Shown in pieces: positions 1 through 9,458 of a DNA stretch of 64,000 bases. Under the pieces are notes generated by a model. The model was not told the origin of the DNA. It did not search any database and saw only the letters and a list, made by a program, of their open reading frames with translations. Within the stretch, counting starts at the first letter, position 1; every line of letters starts with the position of its first letter. The position numbers and the translations under genes are program-made. The DNA lies in the NCBI GenBank assembly GCA_947593515.1, contig CANQDQ010000004.1, positions 71,254-135,253 on the forward strand, written 5' to 3'. This DNA is from an uncultured Bacteroidales bacterium (GTDB lineage Bacteria; Bacteroidota; Bacteroidia; Bacteroidales; UBA11471).

Positions 1-846
1 TGTTAAGTCGTTACTGTCAAAAGCAAATTCACCGATAACGGAAATGCTATCAGGTATGATATAGGAGGACAATCCACCCGAAGCAAAAGAGCGAAGGACT
101 TTCACTGTATCACTTCCCAATTTCTCTTTCATGATCAGGCATCGGTGATCCGATGAAGCCCATTTTCCCTCAAATTTGCTTAATGTACAACCGGAAAAAG
201 CTCTTTCGCCGATAGTGGTAACGCTCTCGGGTATCGTTACCGATGTCAAACAGGGACAATCGAAAAAAGCATACTCGTCGATAGTGGTAACACTGCCACC
301 AATCGTTATCTCTGTCAAGTTCTCACACCCAGAAAAGGCATAGCCACCTATTTCGATAACACTCTCGGGTATCGTTACCGATGTTAAGTTTCTGCAATTT
401 TCAAAAGTTCTATAATTGATAGTCGTAACGTTGTTTGGTATAGTTGTCGACATCAAGCGGTAACAATTGCGAAAAGCTTCGTGTCCGATAGTCGTAACGT
501 TCTCAGGTATCGTTACCGACGTCAAATTCCAGCATCCGGAAAAAGCATCGTCGCCGATAATGGTAACGTTTTCGCCTATTGTAACTGACGTTAAACTACT
601 GTTGCAATTTTGAAAAGCATATTCGCCGATAGTGGTAACCCAATACTCTGTTCCATCATACGTTACCCTTTCGGGTATGGTTACATTGCCAGAATAATTT
701 CCACCGTAATAAGATTTATACGTAACCGCAACCGTCTTTGACGAAGTAATGTCGTAATAGATGCCGTCTGCCTCAAAGTCATACGCCCATGCGGCAGGGG
801 CAGACAGCCATGCAGACAGCAACATAAAAAACAGTGTTCGTTTCAT
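1..846 (-). CDS. BspA-type leucine-rich-repeat surface protein, N-terminal part (gene runs off the left window edge)
   Basis: The reverse complement of 784-846 reads MKRTLFFMLLSAWLSAPAAWA, a signal peptide. The frame stays open to position 1. It is built from the same LTSVTIPESVTxIGxxAFxxC units as the 2217-aa protein at 17597-24250 (recurring DNA string ctctcgggtatcgttaccgatgt). It is absent from the ORF track because no stop lies inside the window. Confidence 0.8.
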   Translation of the reverse strand, partial: MKRTLFFMLLSAWLSAPAAWAYDFEADGIYYDITSSKTVAVTYKSYYGGNYSGNVTIPERVTYDGTEYWVTTIGEYAFQNCNSSLTSVTIGENVTIIGDDAFSGCWNLTSVTIPENVTTIGHEAFRNCYRLMSTTIPNNVTTINYRTFENCRNLTSVTIPESVIEIGGYAFSGCENLTEITIGGSVTTIDEYAFFDCPCLTSVTIPESVTTIGERAFSGCTLSKFEGKWASSDHRCLIMKEKLGSDTVKVLRSFASGGLSSYIIPDSISVIGEFAFDSNDLT

Positions 847-880
847 TTTTGTCATAATTTTGTAGTTAATTTATTTCTTG

Positions 881-931
881 CAAAAATAGTTCTATAAATT
901 AAATTTACAAAACTTTCCGCTAAAAATTTTT
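881..931 (-). promoter_or_regulatory. Bacteroidetes-type promoter (-7 TAttTTTG, -33 TTTG) plus a conserved upstream extension for the left-edge LRR gene
   Basis: Plus-strand caaaaata at 881-888 is minus-strand TATTTTTG, 35 nt upstream of the ATG at 846. Plus-strand caaa at 908-911 is the TTTG box, with a 19-nt spacer. The string acaaaactttccgctaaaaattttt at 907-931 recurs nearly unchanged at 24311-24334. Confidence 0.55.
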
Positions 932-1045
932 GCTTTCATTTCCAAACAGCAATTGAATTTGCCCGATAACCGACGGCGATAGTCATATCGGAGTTATCAT
1001 AGGATAAAAGTTCATTCCGAAAGAAAGAAAACGGAAAGAAAACTT

Positions 1046-1075
1046 TTTGCATTCCGCAGGTTTGCACTATCTTTG
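1046..1075 (+). promoter_or_regulatory. Promoter: TTTG (1046-1049) and TAtcTTTG (1068-1075)
   Basis: This matches the Bacteroides sigma-A consensus TTTG-N19-TAnnTTTG. It overlaps the GTG that the ORF track uses as a start, which argues for the ATG at 1099 instead. Confidence 0.5.
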
Positions 1076-1098
1076 TGCCGGTTTTTGATAAGGGATTA

Positions 1099-2022
1099 AT
1101 GAAAAACGGGGATCATTCGTGGAAAGGGCACGCCGCCCTGCTTGCCGCCAACATCATTTGGGGGCTGAATGCGCCGATAGGCAAAGAGACGCTGCTCTCG
1201 CTTTCGGCAAACGCCGTTACCGCATACCGTATGCTCGGGGCGTGCGCCGCCTTTTGGATATTATCGCTTTTTCTCCCGCACGAACACGTGTCCCGCCGCG
1301 ACAAGATACGCTTCATCTTCGCCGCGCTTTTGGGCATCACGTTCAATCAGGGTATGTTCATTTACGGACTTTCGCTCACGTCGCCCATCGATGCCTCTAT
1401 CATCACCTCCACGCCGCCCATCATCACCATGATACTGGCTGCCCTGTTCCTGCGCGAACCGATTACATGGAAAAAAGTCATCGGCATTGCACTCGGCATA
1501 TCGGGCGCGCTGATACTCATCGCGGGCAATGCCGCCCACGCCGGCGGCAATGGCAGCAGTACGCTCGGTAACCTGCTCTGTTTCTTGGCGCAGGTAAGTT
1601 TCTGCATCTATCTCACGCTGTTCAAAGGGCTTATATCGCGCTACTCGCCCGTAACCGTGAGCAAGTGGCTTTTTCTTTTCGCCTCGATTTTCTTCCTGCC
1701 CGTTTCGGCGCGCGACATCGTGGCGGTCGATTACCTCGCCATGCCTTTCTCGCTTTGGTGGCGCGTTCTCTACATCGTGTTCGGAGCCACGTTCCTCTCG
1801 TATCTCTTTATGACGACGGGGCAGCACCTGCTGCGACCCACCATCATCAGTATGTATAACTATGCCCAGCCCGTCGTGGCGACCGTCGTTTCGGTGGCGA
1901 TGGGGTTGAGCGTCTTCGGCGTGAAAAGCGGTATGGCGGTGCTGTTTATCTTTGCCGGCGTCTATTTCGTTACGCAGAGCAAGTCGCGCGCCCAGCTCGA
2001 CAGCGAGCGAAGTGCCGCATGA
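1099..2022 (+). CDS. EamA/DMT-superfamily permease
   Basis: About 10 hydrophobic helices and a two-fold EamA-like architecture (AANIIWGLNAPIGK ... ALGISGALILI). The start was moved from GTG 1075 to ATG 1099 because the -7 box ends at 1075. Confidence 0.75.
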   Translation: MKNGDHSWKGHAALLAANIIWGLNAPIGKETLLSLSANAVTAYRMLGACAAFWILSLFLPHEHVSRRDKIRFIFAALLGITFNQGMFIYGLSLTSPIDASIITSTPPIITMILAALFLREPITWKKVIGIALGISGALILIAGNAAHAGGNGSSTLGNLLCFLAQVSFCIYLTLFKGLISRYSPVTVSKWLFLFASIFFLPVSARDIVAVDYLAMPFSLWWRVLYIVFGATFLSYLFMTTGQHLLRPTIISMYNYAQPVVATVVSVAMGLSVFGVKSGMAVLFIFAGVYFVTQSKSRAQLDSERSAA

Positions 2023-2127
2023 TTTTTTCCGCCCGCCGGCACGCTTCCCGAATAAAAAAGTTTCCGCAGCGTTTGTATATGCCGTGCAACTTGCGTATCT
2101 TTACCGTCGGAAATAAACTCTACGACT

Positions 2128-2448
2128 ATGTTCCCGAAAAAAGACGATTTGTTTGAATACGACGAAGATGCGTCGGTAGCCTTTATCCGCAGGAAAAATC
2201 CGTCGCTCGCCCTTACCGACGACGAGATAAACTATATCATCGACTTGGTGTACGACTATTACGAGTCGCGCGGATTGCTCGACGAAAACACCGAACAAGA
2301 GGTGGACATCGTCGATGACGAACTCACGGAGTATGTGGCTGCCCAAGCCCGCAAGGAGGCGATATACACGCTCGCCGACGACGATATTGCCACCGTCGTG
2401 CAGGGTGAATTGGACTATTGCGAATCGCTCGGAATTTTTGAAAACTGA
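2128..2448 (+). CDS. Small acidic hypothetical protein
   Basis: ATG-initiated 106-codon ORF in the sense direction between neighbours, 6 nt upstream of the next gene. Highly acidic (DDEINYIIDLVYDYYESRGLLDE). I recognise no motif. Confidence 0.55.
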   Translation: MFPKKDDLFEYDEDASVAFIRRKNPSLALTDDEINYIIDLVYDYYESRGLLDENTEQEVDIVDDELTEYVAAQARKEAIYTLADDDIATVVQGELDYCESLGIFEN

Positions 2449-2454
2449 CAACCG

Positions 2455-3063
2455 ATGTACCGCCTGTTCTTTTATCCTGTTCTTACCCTTTTGCTCTGCC
2501 TCCTGCCCATGACGGCGCAGGGGCAGAAAACGAATGTGCCTTTCGCCGCTCCGCCGGCGTCGGCTGTGAGTAAATATATAGCGCAGCTCACGCTTACCCC
2601 CAAGACCAAACCCGCCGTGCGGGCGCGTATGCAGCAGGAAATCGAGCGGCTGACGTCGCTCTGCGCGGGCGAAGTCGTTGCCGTGCGCGACAGCGTGATA
2701 GCCTGCGTCATCGTGCCGTCCGCCCGTCTTTTTGCCGGCGGCGACACGGAGGTAAGCGATGCCGGAAAAATCTTGCTGGAAAAACTTTTGCCTCCGACGC
2801 CGACCGCCTGCCGCATCGTCGTGGCGGTGCATACCGACGACACGGGTACGCCCGACTACTTGCAGCAGCTTTCCGAGCGGCGCGCCGAGTCGGTTGCCGC
2901 CTTTTTCGCTGCCGCCGGTATGGAAGTCGCCGCATTGGGTCGGGGAGCCGGCGAGCCGCTTGCCCGGAACGACACCTATCGCGGGCGCGAAACCAACCGC
3001 CGCACCGAAATCTATTTCATTCCCGCCGATGCGAAGGCGCGCCATGCGGCACGCCGCCGGTAA
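2455..3063 (+). CDS. OmpA-family (peptidoglycan-associated) protein
   Basis: Signal peptide MYRLFFYPVLTLLLCLLPMTAQG. C-terminal OmpA-like block VAVHTDDTGTPDYLQQLSERRAESVAAFF ... NRRTEIYFIP. Confidence 0.8.
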   Translation: MYRLFFYPVLTLLLCLLPMTAQGQKTNVPFAAPPASAVSKYIAQLTLTPKTKPAVRARMQQEIERLTSLCAGEVVAVRDSVIACVIVPSARLFAGGDTEVSDAGKILLEKLLPPTPTACRIVVAVHTDDTGTPDYLQQLSERRAESVAAFFAAAGMEVAALGRGAGEPLARNDTYRGRETNRRTEIYFIPADAKARHAARRR

Positions 3064-3113
3064 TGCCGCGAAAAATAATTCCCGTTCGGAAAAAATCTTG
3101 GCACATCTTTTTG

Positions 3114-3121
3114 TACCTTTG
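3114..3121 (+). promoter_or_regulatory. -7 box TAccTTTG upstream of proS
   Basis: Exact TAnnTTTG match 33 nt upstream of the ATG at 3154. Confidence 0.5.
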
Positions 3122-3153
3122 CACTCCGAATAAGATGAAAATATAAAAACGAT

Positions 3154-4635
3154 ATGGCAACAGAATTGAAAGACCTGACCAAACGCAGCGAAAACTATTC
3201 GCAGTGGTACAACGACTTGGTGGTGAAAGCCGATTTGGCGGAGCAGTCTGCCGTGCGCGGCTGCATGGTGATAAAGCCTTACGGATACGCGATATGGGAA
3301 AAAATGCAGCGGCAGCTCGACGATATGTTCAAGGAAACGGGGCACGTCAATGCCTATTTCCCGCTGCTCATTCCGAAATCGTTTCTGAGCCGCGAAGCCG
3401 AACACGTGGAAGGTTTTGCCAAAGAGTGCGCCGTGGTAACCCACTACCGCCTGAAAACCGCCTCCGACGGTTCCGGCGTCGTGGTCGATCCCGCCGCCCG
3501 CCTCGAAGAAGAGTTGATTATCCGCCCCACGTCGGAAACCATTATATGGAGTACGTATAAAAACTGGATACAGTCGTACCGCGACCTCCCCATACTCTGC
3601 AACCAATGGGCAAACGTCATGCGCTGGGAAATGCGCACCCGCCTTTTCCTGCGCACCGCCGAATTTCTCTGGCAGGAGGGGCACACCGCCCACGCCACCC
3701 GCGAAGAGGCGGAAGCCGAAGCCGTGAAGATGCTCAACGTCTATGCCGACTTTGCCGAAAACTACATGGCGATGCCGGTAATCAAAGGCGTGAAGTCGGC
3801 GAACGAACGTTTTGCCGGCGCCGTCGAGACCTACACCATCGAAGCCCTGATGCAGGACGGCAAGGCGTTGCAGTCGGGCACGTCGCACTTCTTGGGACAG
3901 AATTTCGCCAAGGCTTTCGACGTGCAGTTCGTCAATAAAGACAACCAGCCCGAATACGTATGGGCGACCTCGTGGGGTGTATCGACCCGTCTGATGGGCG
4001 CGCTTATCATGTCGCACTCCGACGACAACGGTCTTGTGCTGCCGCCGAAGTTGGCGCCGATACAGGTCGTCATCGTGCCTATCTATAAAAATGCCGAGCA
4101 GCTGGCGAAAATCGACGAGAAAGTCGCCGGCATCGTTGCCCGCCTCAAAGAGCTGGGCATATCGGTGAAATACGACAACGCCGAAAATAAACGTCCGGGA
4201 TTCAAATTCGCCGATTACGAACTGAAAGGCGTTCCCGTGCGCTTAGTCATGGGCGGACGCGACCTCGAAAACAATACTATCGAGGTGATGCGCCGCGATA
4301 CGCTCGAAAAAGAGACCCGCACCTGCGACAACATCGAACAGTACGTCAAGGAGCTGCTCGCCGACATACAGAAAAACATCTACCGGAAAGCCTTCGATTT
4401 CCGCGCCGCCAACATTTTCAAAGTCGATACCTACGACGAGTTCAAGGAGCAAATCGAAAAAGGCGGATTCATCTTGGCGCACTGGGACGGTACGCCCGAA
4501 ACCGAAGAGCGCATCAAGGACGAAACCAAAGCCACCATACGCTGCATACCGTTGGAGGGCGACACCACGCCGGGCAAATGTATGGTAACCGGCAAGCCGT
4601 CGGCTCGCCGCGTACTCTTCGCCCGCGCGTATTAA
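3154..4635 (+). CDS. proS: Proline--tRNA ligase (archaeal/eukaryote-like class IIa form)
   Basis: 493 aa. N-terminus [35 protein letters not shown] and class II motifs ([26 protein letters not shown]) are typical of Bacteroidetes ProRS. Confidence 0.93.
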   Translation: MATELKDLTKRSENYSQWYNDLVVKADLAEQSAVRGCMVIKPYGYAIWEKMQRQLDDMFKETGHVNAYFPLLIPKSFLSREAEHVEGFAKECAVVTHYRLKTASDGSGVVVDPAARLEEELIIRPTSETIIWSTYKNWIQSYRDLPILCNQWANVMRWEMRTRLFLRTAEFLWQEGHTAHATREEAEAEAVKMLNVYADFAENYMAMPVIKGVKSANERFAGAVETYTIEALMQDGKALQSGTSHFLGQNFAKAFDVQFVNKDNQPEYVWATSWGVSTRLMGALIMSHSDDNGLVLPPKLAPIQVVIVPIYKNAEQLAKIDEKVAGIVARLKELGISVKYDNAENKRPGFKFADYELKGVPVRLVMGGRDLENNTIEVMRRDTLEKETRTCDNIEQYVKELLADIQKNIYRKAFDFRAANIFKVDTYDEFKEQIEKGGFILAHWDGTPETEERIKDETKATIRCIPLEGDTTPGKCMVTGKPSARRVLFARAY

Positions 4636-4663
4636 AAAACGCTGTCTGAATAAAATAGAAAAG

Positions 4664-4702
4664 CGCCCGAAAGTTCTCACGACTTTCGGGTGCTTTGTTT
4701 TT
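4664..4702. terminator. Bidirectional rho-independent terminator between proS and the CE8-like gene
   Basis: Stem 4664-4674 (cgcccgaaagt) pairs with 4682-4692 (actttcgggtg) across a 7-nt loop. It is followed by a T-run and preceded by an A-rich run. Confidence 0.7.
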
Positions 4703-4719
4703 CCGAATAGGGCGGTACG

Positions 4720-6294
4720 TCAATGTTCGGGATTCCACTCCAAAATCTGTGCGGGCGAACGGTACATATCGATGAGGGCGGCATCGTCGGGCAGCGTGAG
4801 CTGTCTCGACAATTCGTGCCGGCGGCTCACATCGACGGGGCGACCCTCTTTGTCGGTGCTGTTGTATTCCAAGAAACGCAGGTGGTGCGTTTCGCCGCGT
4901 ATATCTACCCACCCCTCCGGCGATATATTTTCGAGCGTGCAGTCTATCAGCACGGCTTCGGCGTAGGGATAGCCGTTTACGCCCTTGTTCACCGGCGAGC
5001 GGGCTATCGCCGCATTTCCATGCGTGCCCACGAAGCGGCAGTTATTGAAAATATTGCCGTGATTGGCTTCGGTGTTGCGTATCCACATGAAGGGTCCCGG
5101 ACTTATCAGCAGGCAGTTTTTGAAAAACGACGGTCCGCGACCGAGTATCATGTCGCCGCCGCCGTCGATGATGCAGTCTTCAAGATATACGGAGCCGTTG
5201 ATTTGCAGGGCGTCGCCCGAGCCGATGACTTTGACGTTGCGCAGGTAGTTGCGTGCCCCCATGATTAAAAGCCCCTCCGCCTGTCCGTGCAGGTCGGTTT
5301 TGATAGTCAGGTCTTCAAAGCGGAGGTCGTAGCAGTTGTCGGCTGCAAACGCGGCGCGGCGCGACGGAAACGTGCCTCGCCATTCGTTGGTCTTTACATT
5401 GATGGGGTGGGGGTTGAAAGTTTCGTTGTTGGCATAGTGTACCACCGTCTTTTCCCGACTTTCGCCGTGCAGCAGCACGTGCTGTTTGTTGCGGAAGTAA
5501 ACGAGTTCTTCGTAATCGCCGTTTTTGATAAACACTTCCCAATTCTCTTGGCTGAAATCGGGAATGAAATCCATCGCCCCCTGCACCGTGCAGAAGTCGC
5601 CGCTGCCGTCGCCGCTTACGACGAGCCGGCGTTGGTCGGCGGCAGGAGCGTTTTTACGGGTGGAGAAGCGCCACGCCTTTTCGCCGTAGATGCCGGCAAA
5701 CATCTCGCCCTCGATGCCGAAAGCCTCTCGGTCGATAGTAACGTAATACTCCTTGTCGTATTCGAGCAGATTGTGGTGCGGGTACAGCGTAACGCGATTG
5801 TCGTGCGCTATGGCGGGATAGAAGTGGAAACCGTCGGTGAAGTGTCCGATAATGGTGAGCTGATACGGACCGGTGGTGTCGCGCACCGCCGTGCCCGACG
5901 GTGTGCCGGGCACCGTGTTGGCGTTGGTGCAGTCGGTCGATTCATACACATACGGCACAGCCGTGTAGGTGGCGTTCTGTTTCCGTATCGTGTCGGGTTG
6001 CGTGGGACCGGCGGGTATGCTCAGGTCGAGCGAATCGACGAGCTGTCCGCTGCCGGCTTCGTAGATGCGTATCATGCCTTTGTCGTTCACGGTTACAGGG
6101 GCATTGAATGTCAATGTGAGGTGCGTGTCGGGGGCGACACCTTTGGCACGGTTGGCGGGGAACAATCGGTAATGGGCGGTTGTCGCCTCCGCCGGCGCGC
6201 TTGCTCCCGACGTGGCGTCGGTCGCCGCATTTTGTCCCGAGAGGCTGCCTGCCGCACCCGACAGCAGCAGAAGGGGGAATAAGAGTTTTTTCAT
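4720..6294 (-). CDS. Pectinesterase-like (CE8-like) protein with an N-terminal Ig-like domain
   Basis: Signal peptide MKKLLFPLLLLSGAAGSLSG (start moved to the ATG at 6294). GDYEELVYF matches CE8 motif GxYxE. The later blocks GSGDALQ and GGGDMILGRG align to QDTL and VDFIFG, with both Asp residues retained. Confidence 0.6.
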   Translation of the reverse strand: MKKLLFPLLLLSGAAGSLSGQNAATDATSGASAPAEATTAHYRLFPANRAKGVAPDTHLTLTFNAPVTVNDKGMIRIYEAGSGQLVDSLDLSIPAGPTQPDTIRKQNATYTAVPYVYESTDCTNANTVPGTPSGTAVRDTTGPYQLTIIGHFTDGFHFYPAIAHDNRVTLYPHHNLLEYDKEYYVTIDREAFGIEGEMFAGIYGEKAWRFSTRKNAPAADQRRLVVSGDGSGDFCTVQGAMDFIPDFSQENWEVFIKNGDYEELVYFRNKQHVLLHGESREKTVVHYANNETFNPHPINVKTNEWRGTFPSRRAAFAADNCYDLRFEDLTIKTDLHGQAEGLLIMGARNYLRNVKVIGSGDALQINGSVYLEDCIIDGGGDMILGRGPSFFKNCLLISPGPFMWIRNTEANHGNIFNNCRFVGTHGNAAIARSPVNKGVNGYPYAEAVLIDCTLENISPEGWVDIRGETHHLRFLEYNSTDKEGRPVDVSRRHELSRQLTLPDDAALIDMYRSPAQILEWNPEH

Positions 6295-6315
6295 GGTAAT
6301 CTTACAGTTAGACCA

Positions 6316-6323
6316 CAAATCTA
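6316..6323 (-). promoter_or_regulatory. -7 box TAgaTTTG for the CE8-like gene
   Basis: Plus-strand caaatcta is minus-strand TAGATTTG, 22 nt upstream of the ATG at 6294. It lies inside the tracked ORF extension, which supports the shorter start. Confidence 0.45.
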
Positions 6324-6391
6324 TAAAATATCTTTTGAATGAAAAAGAAAATTTGCGGAAAAAGAATTATCTTTAACCCCGTGTAAACGAC

Positions 6392-7684
6392 ATGAAAAAT
6401 CCTTCGCTGAAATCGGGCTTTCGAGCACTGGCGCCGCTGGCGGTATTCTTGGGCGTATATCTGGTGGCGTCCGTGTGGATTAATGATTTCTACGCCGTAC
6501 CCATTACGGTGGCGTTCATCATCGCCTCGGCGGTGGCTGTCGCCCTGACATCGGGCATACCGCTTGCCGAGCGCATAGTCCGTTTCTCAGAAGGCGCTGC
6601 CGACAAGAATATTCTTATAATGATATGGATATTCGTGCTGGCGGGAGCTTTCGCGCAGTCGGCAAAAGCGATGGGCGCTATCGACGCCACCGTGCAGCTC
6701 ACGCTCCTGCTATTGCCCGAACACTTTCTGCTCGTGGGAATCTTCATCGCCGCCTGTTTCGTTTCGCTTTCGGTAGGTACGTCGGTGGGCACGATTGTCG
6801 CGCTCGTGCCCGTCGTGGCGGGACTGGCGGAAAAAACGGGCATCGACCCCGCTTTCATGACCGCCGTAGTCGTGGGCGGCGCATTCTTCGGCGACAACCT
6901 GTCGTTCATTTCCGACACCACCATTGCGGCGACCCGCACGCAGGAGTGTGAGATGCGCGACAAATTCCGCGTGAATATCCTTATCGTTTTGCCGGCAGCC
7001 CTGCTTCTGTTGGTTTATTATACCGTAACGGGTTACTCCCTCGAACTGAATGCCGTCGATACTGCGCCGGTGGAATGGGTGCGCGTGCTGCCCTATCTCG
7101 TGGTGCTGTTTACGGCGCTGGCAGGCATGAATGTCATGGCGGTGCTGGCGCTGGGCATACTCTCGGCGGCGGTGGTTGGAATGCTTTCGGGCGGTTACGG
7201 CATTTTCGACTGTCTGAAAGCGATGGGCGAGGGCATTACCGGTATGGGCGAGCTGATTATCGTTACCCTGCTGGCGGGCGGTATGCTCGAATTGATACGC
7301 TACAACGGCGGCATGGATTTCATCATCTCCCGCCTGACGGCGCACGTGTCGTCGAAACGCTGGGCGGAGGCAAGTATCGCCGCGCTGGTGTCGCTGGCGA
7401 ATCTCTGTACCGCCAACAACACGATAGCCATCATCACCACCGGTTCCATAGCCCGCGACATCAGCCGCCGCTTCGGCATCGACCCGCGCAAGACGGCGAG
7501 CATACTCGATACGTTTTCGTGCGTCGTGCAGGGGTTGATTCCTTACGGGGCGCAGCTGCTCATCGCTTCGGCGTTGACGCAGCTCTCTCCGCTCGCGATT
7601 ATCCGTTACCTCTATTATCCGCTTTTGGTGGCGGTGTGCGCATCGGCAGCGATTTTCTTCCGTTACCCCCGCCGCTACTCCTGA
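6392..7684 (+). CDS. nhaC: NhaC-family Na+/H+ antiporter
   Basis: 430 aa, polytopic. NhaC-type blocks IWIFVLAGAFAQSAKAMGAIDA and GGAFFGDNLSFISDTTI. Confidence 0.8.
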   Translation: MKNPSLKSGFRALAPLAVFLGVYLVASVWINDFYAVPITVAFIIASAVAVALTSGIPLAERIVRFSEGAADKNILIMIWIFVLAGAFAQSAKAMGAIDATVQLTLLLLPEHFLLVGIFIAACFVSLSVGTSVGTIVALVPVVAGLAEKTGIDPAFMTAVVVGGAFFGDNLSFISDTTIAATRTQECEMRDKFRVNILIVLPAALLLLVYYTVTGYSLELNAVDTAPVEWVRVLPYLVVLFTALAGMNVMAVLALGILSAAVVGMLSGGYGIFDCLKAMGEGITGMGELIIVTLLAGGMLELIRYNGGMDFIISRLTAHVSSKRWAEASIAALVSLANLCTANNTIAIITTGSIARDISRRFGIDPRKTASILDTFSCVVQGLIPYGAQLLIASALTQLSPLAIIRYLYYPLLVAVCASAAIFFRYPRRYS

Positions 7685-7785
7685 TTTTCGGAAACTCCTT
7701 GCAGAGGCTTGTTCCGACCCTTTCGTCAATAAAAACGAACCTTATATTTAATAGAAATTCCTATAAATTTATTTCGGATATTTTG

Positions 7786-7793
7786 TAACTTTG
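7786..7793 (+). promoter_or_regulatory. -7 box TAacTTTG ahead of the pgpA-led four-gene operon
   Basis: Exact TAnnTTTG match 20 nt upstream of the ATG at 7813. Confidence 0.5.
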
Positions 7794-7812
7794 CGCATTC
7801 GTTTCATTTGAT

Positions 7813-8313
7813 ATGTCCGGCATGAACGACGATTCGCGTGTGCGCCCTCCATTCTTTCCACTCTTTATAGCCACCGGCTTCGGTGCGGGCTATTCGCCCG
7901 TAGCGCCCGGTACGGCAGGTGCGCTGGCGGCGGTGCTGTTGTGGGCAGTCGCCGCTCTGTTCGTGCCGTTTGCCGTGTTGCAGGCGACGTTGGCTGCGGT
8001 CGTGGTGCTGTTTACGGCGTTGGGCGTATGGTCGGGCACGGTGATGGAACGCTATTGGGGCGAAGATCCGTCGAAGGTCGTCGTAGATGAAATGGTAGGC
8101 GTGTGGATTCCCTTGCTTGCCGTACCCGAGAATTACGGGCTTTTCTACGCCCTCGCGGCGTTTGTGCTTTTCCGCTTTTTCGATATCGTGAAACCGCTCG
8201 GCGTGCGCCGCATGGAACGCTTCAAAGGCGGGTGGGGCATTATGGCGGACGATATTCTGGCGGGAGTGTACAGCGCGATATTGTTGGTCGCCGCCTGTTT
8301 TATACTGCATTAG
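7813..8313 (+). CDS. pgpA: PgpA-family phosphatidylglycerophosphatase A-like phosphatase
   Basis: TGFGAGYSPVAPGTAGAL, VVDEMVGVW and FRFFDIVKP ... GWGIMADDILAG are canonical PgpA blocks. Confidence 0.85.
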   Translation: MSGMNDDSRVRPPFFPLFIATGFGAGYSPVAPGTAGALAAVLLWAVAALFVPFAVLQATLAAVVVLFTALGVWSGTVMERYWGEDPSKVVVDEMVGVWIPLLAVPENYGLFYALAAFVLFRFFDIVKPLGVRRMERFKGGWGIMADDILAGVYSAILLVAACFILH

Positions 8314-8315
8314 AT

Positions 8316-8792
8316 ATGACGAAACGCACAGGCATACAGTTGTTGAAAGCGCTTTTCTCCGCGCAGTTGTCAGGGTTGGTCGATTTTCTGACCTCCTTTC
8401 TGTTGGCAAACGTTTGTCATCTCTATTACGTGGCATCGACATTTCTCGGGGCGCTAACCGGCGGCGTGTTCAACTGCTGCCTCAATTACCGGTGGGTATT
8501 CCGCGCCGCCGGCTGTTCCAAAGCACTCGTGGCGATAAAATATGCCATGGTGTGGGCGGGCAGCATTTTTTTCAACACTTACGGAACGTATCTGCTCACC
8601 GAAGTTATGATGCGCACGGCGTGGGCAGCCTCGTTGAGTGCATACGGTGCGACCAACCTTTTCCTCCTGCCGAAAATCATCGTCGCCCTTTTGGTTTCCC
8701 TGTTTTGGAACTTCCTGTTACAACGCAATTTCGTCTATCGGAACACGGCGTTCGATACGTTCATTCTCTTGCATTGTCATCATTCAAAATAG
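8316..8792 (+). CDS. GtrA-family membrane protein
   Basis: The internal ATG at 8316 lies 2 nt after the pgpA stop. Four TM helices and the GtrA-like ends GLVDFLTSFLL ... FWNFLLQRNFVYR. Confidence 0.7.
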   Translation: MTKRTGIQLLKALFSAQLSGLVDFLTSFLLANVCHLYYVASTFLGALTGGVFNCCLNYRWVFRAAGCSKALVAIKYAMVWAGSIFFNTYGTYLLTEVMMRTAWAASLSAYGATNLFLLPKIIVALLVSLFWNFLLQRNFVYRNTAFDTFILLHCHHSK

Positions 8793-8798
8793 ACCGGT

Positions 8799-9458
8799 AT
8801 GAAATATAGAGATTTTCTGCAAAAACTCATTTATAAAGTCATCGACCCCGTTGTCAAAGGTATGATAAAAGTCGGTATCACGCCCAACTTCATCACGACG
8901 ACAGGTCTGCTGTTGAACATCGTGGCGGCTGCGACTTTCATTTATGCCGGATACGCCGGCGCCGATGCCCTCCGGTATGTAGGTATAGGCGGCGGAGTGG
9001 TGCTGTTTGCCGGACTGTTCGATATGCTCGACGGTCGGGTGGCGCGTGTGGGCAACAGGGTATCGCGCTTTGGCGCTTTTTACGATTCGGTGCTCGACCG
9101 GTACAGCGAGCTGTTCACCCTCTTCGGCATTATCTTTTTCCTGATGCTCAAAGGGTACGTGGTGTGGGCGATTGTCGCTTTCGTGGCGTTGATAGGCTCT
9201 ATCATGGTAAGCTACGTGCGGGCGCGAGCCGAAGGGTTGGGACTCGATTGCAAAGTGGGTTTGATGCAGCGCCCCGAGCGTGTCGTGCTCACCGCGCTCG
9301 GTGCCATTTTCTGCGGCGTATTCGCTCATATCGAGGCGTTCGACCCCGTGCTGATTTTGGCGGTGCCGCTGGCGCTTATCGCCCTGTTGGCTAATGCGAC
9401 GGCTTTCGTGCGCATCGCCCATTGCCGCCGGTTGTTGAAAGATAAAAAACAAGAATAA
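8799..9458 (+). CDS. CDP-alcohol phosphatidyltransferase (candidate phosphatidylinositol-phosphate synthase)
   Basis: Signature D-G-x2-A-R-x8-G-x3-D-x3-D seen as [30 protein letters not shown]. The substrate assignment rests on gene context only. Confidence 0.8.
   Translation: MKYRDFLQKLIYKVIDPVVKGMIKVGITPNFITTTGLLLNIVAAATFIYAGYAGADALRYVGIGGGVVLFAGLFDMLDGRVARVGNRVSRFGAFYDSVLDRYSELFTLFGIIFFLMLKGYVVWAIVAFVALIGSIMVSYVRARAEGLGLDCKVGLMQRPERVVLTALGAIFCGVFAHIEAFDPVLILAVPLALIALLANATAFVRIAHCRRLLKDKKQE

Noticed and set aside
2101-4017. 638-aa minus-strand ORF spanning the small acidic gene, the OmpA-like gene and most of proS
   Set aside because: It is antisense to three well-supported genes. The translation is Arg/Gly/His-rich low-complexity sequence with no motif. 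This is a typical stop-codon-poor antisense frame in GC-rich DNA.
8103-8315. Upstream extension of the GtrA-like ORF overlapping pgpA
   Set aside because: It overlaps the pgpA coding region out of frame. The ATG at 8316 follows the pgpA stop by 2 nt and begins the hydrophobic GtrA fold.
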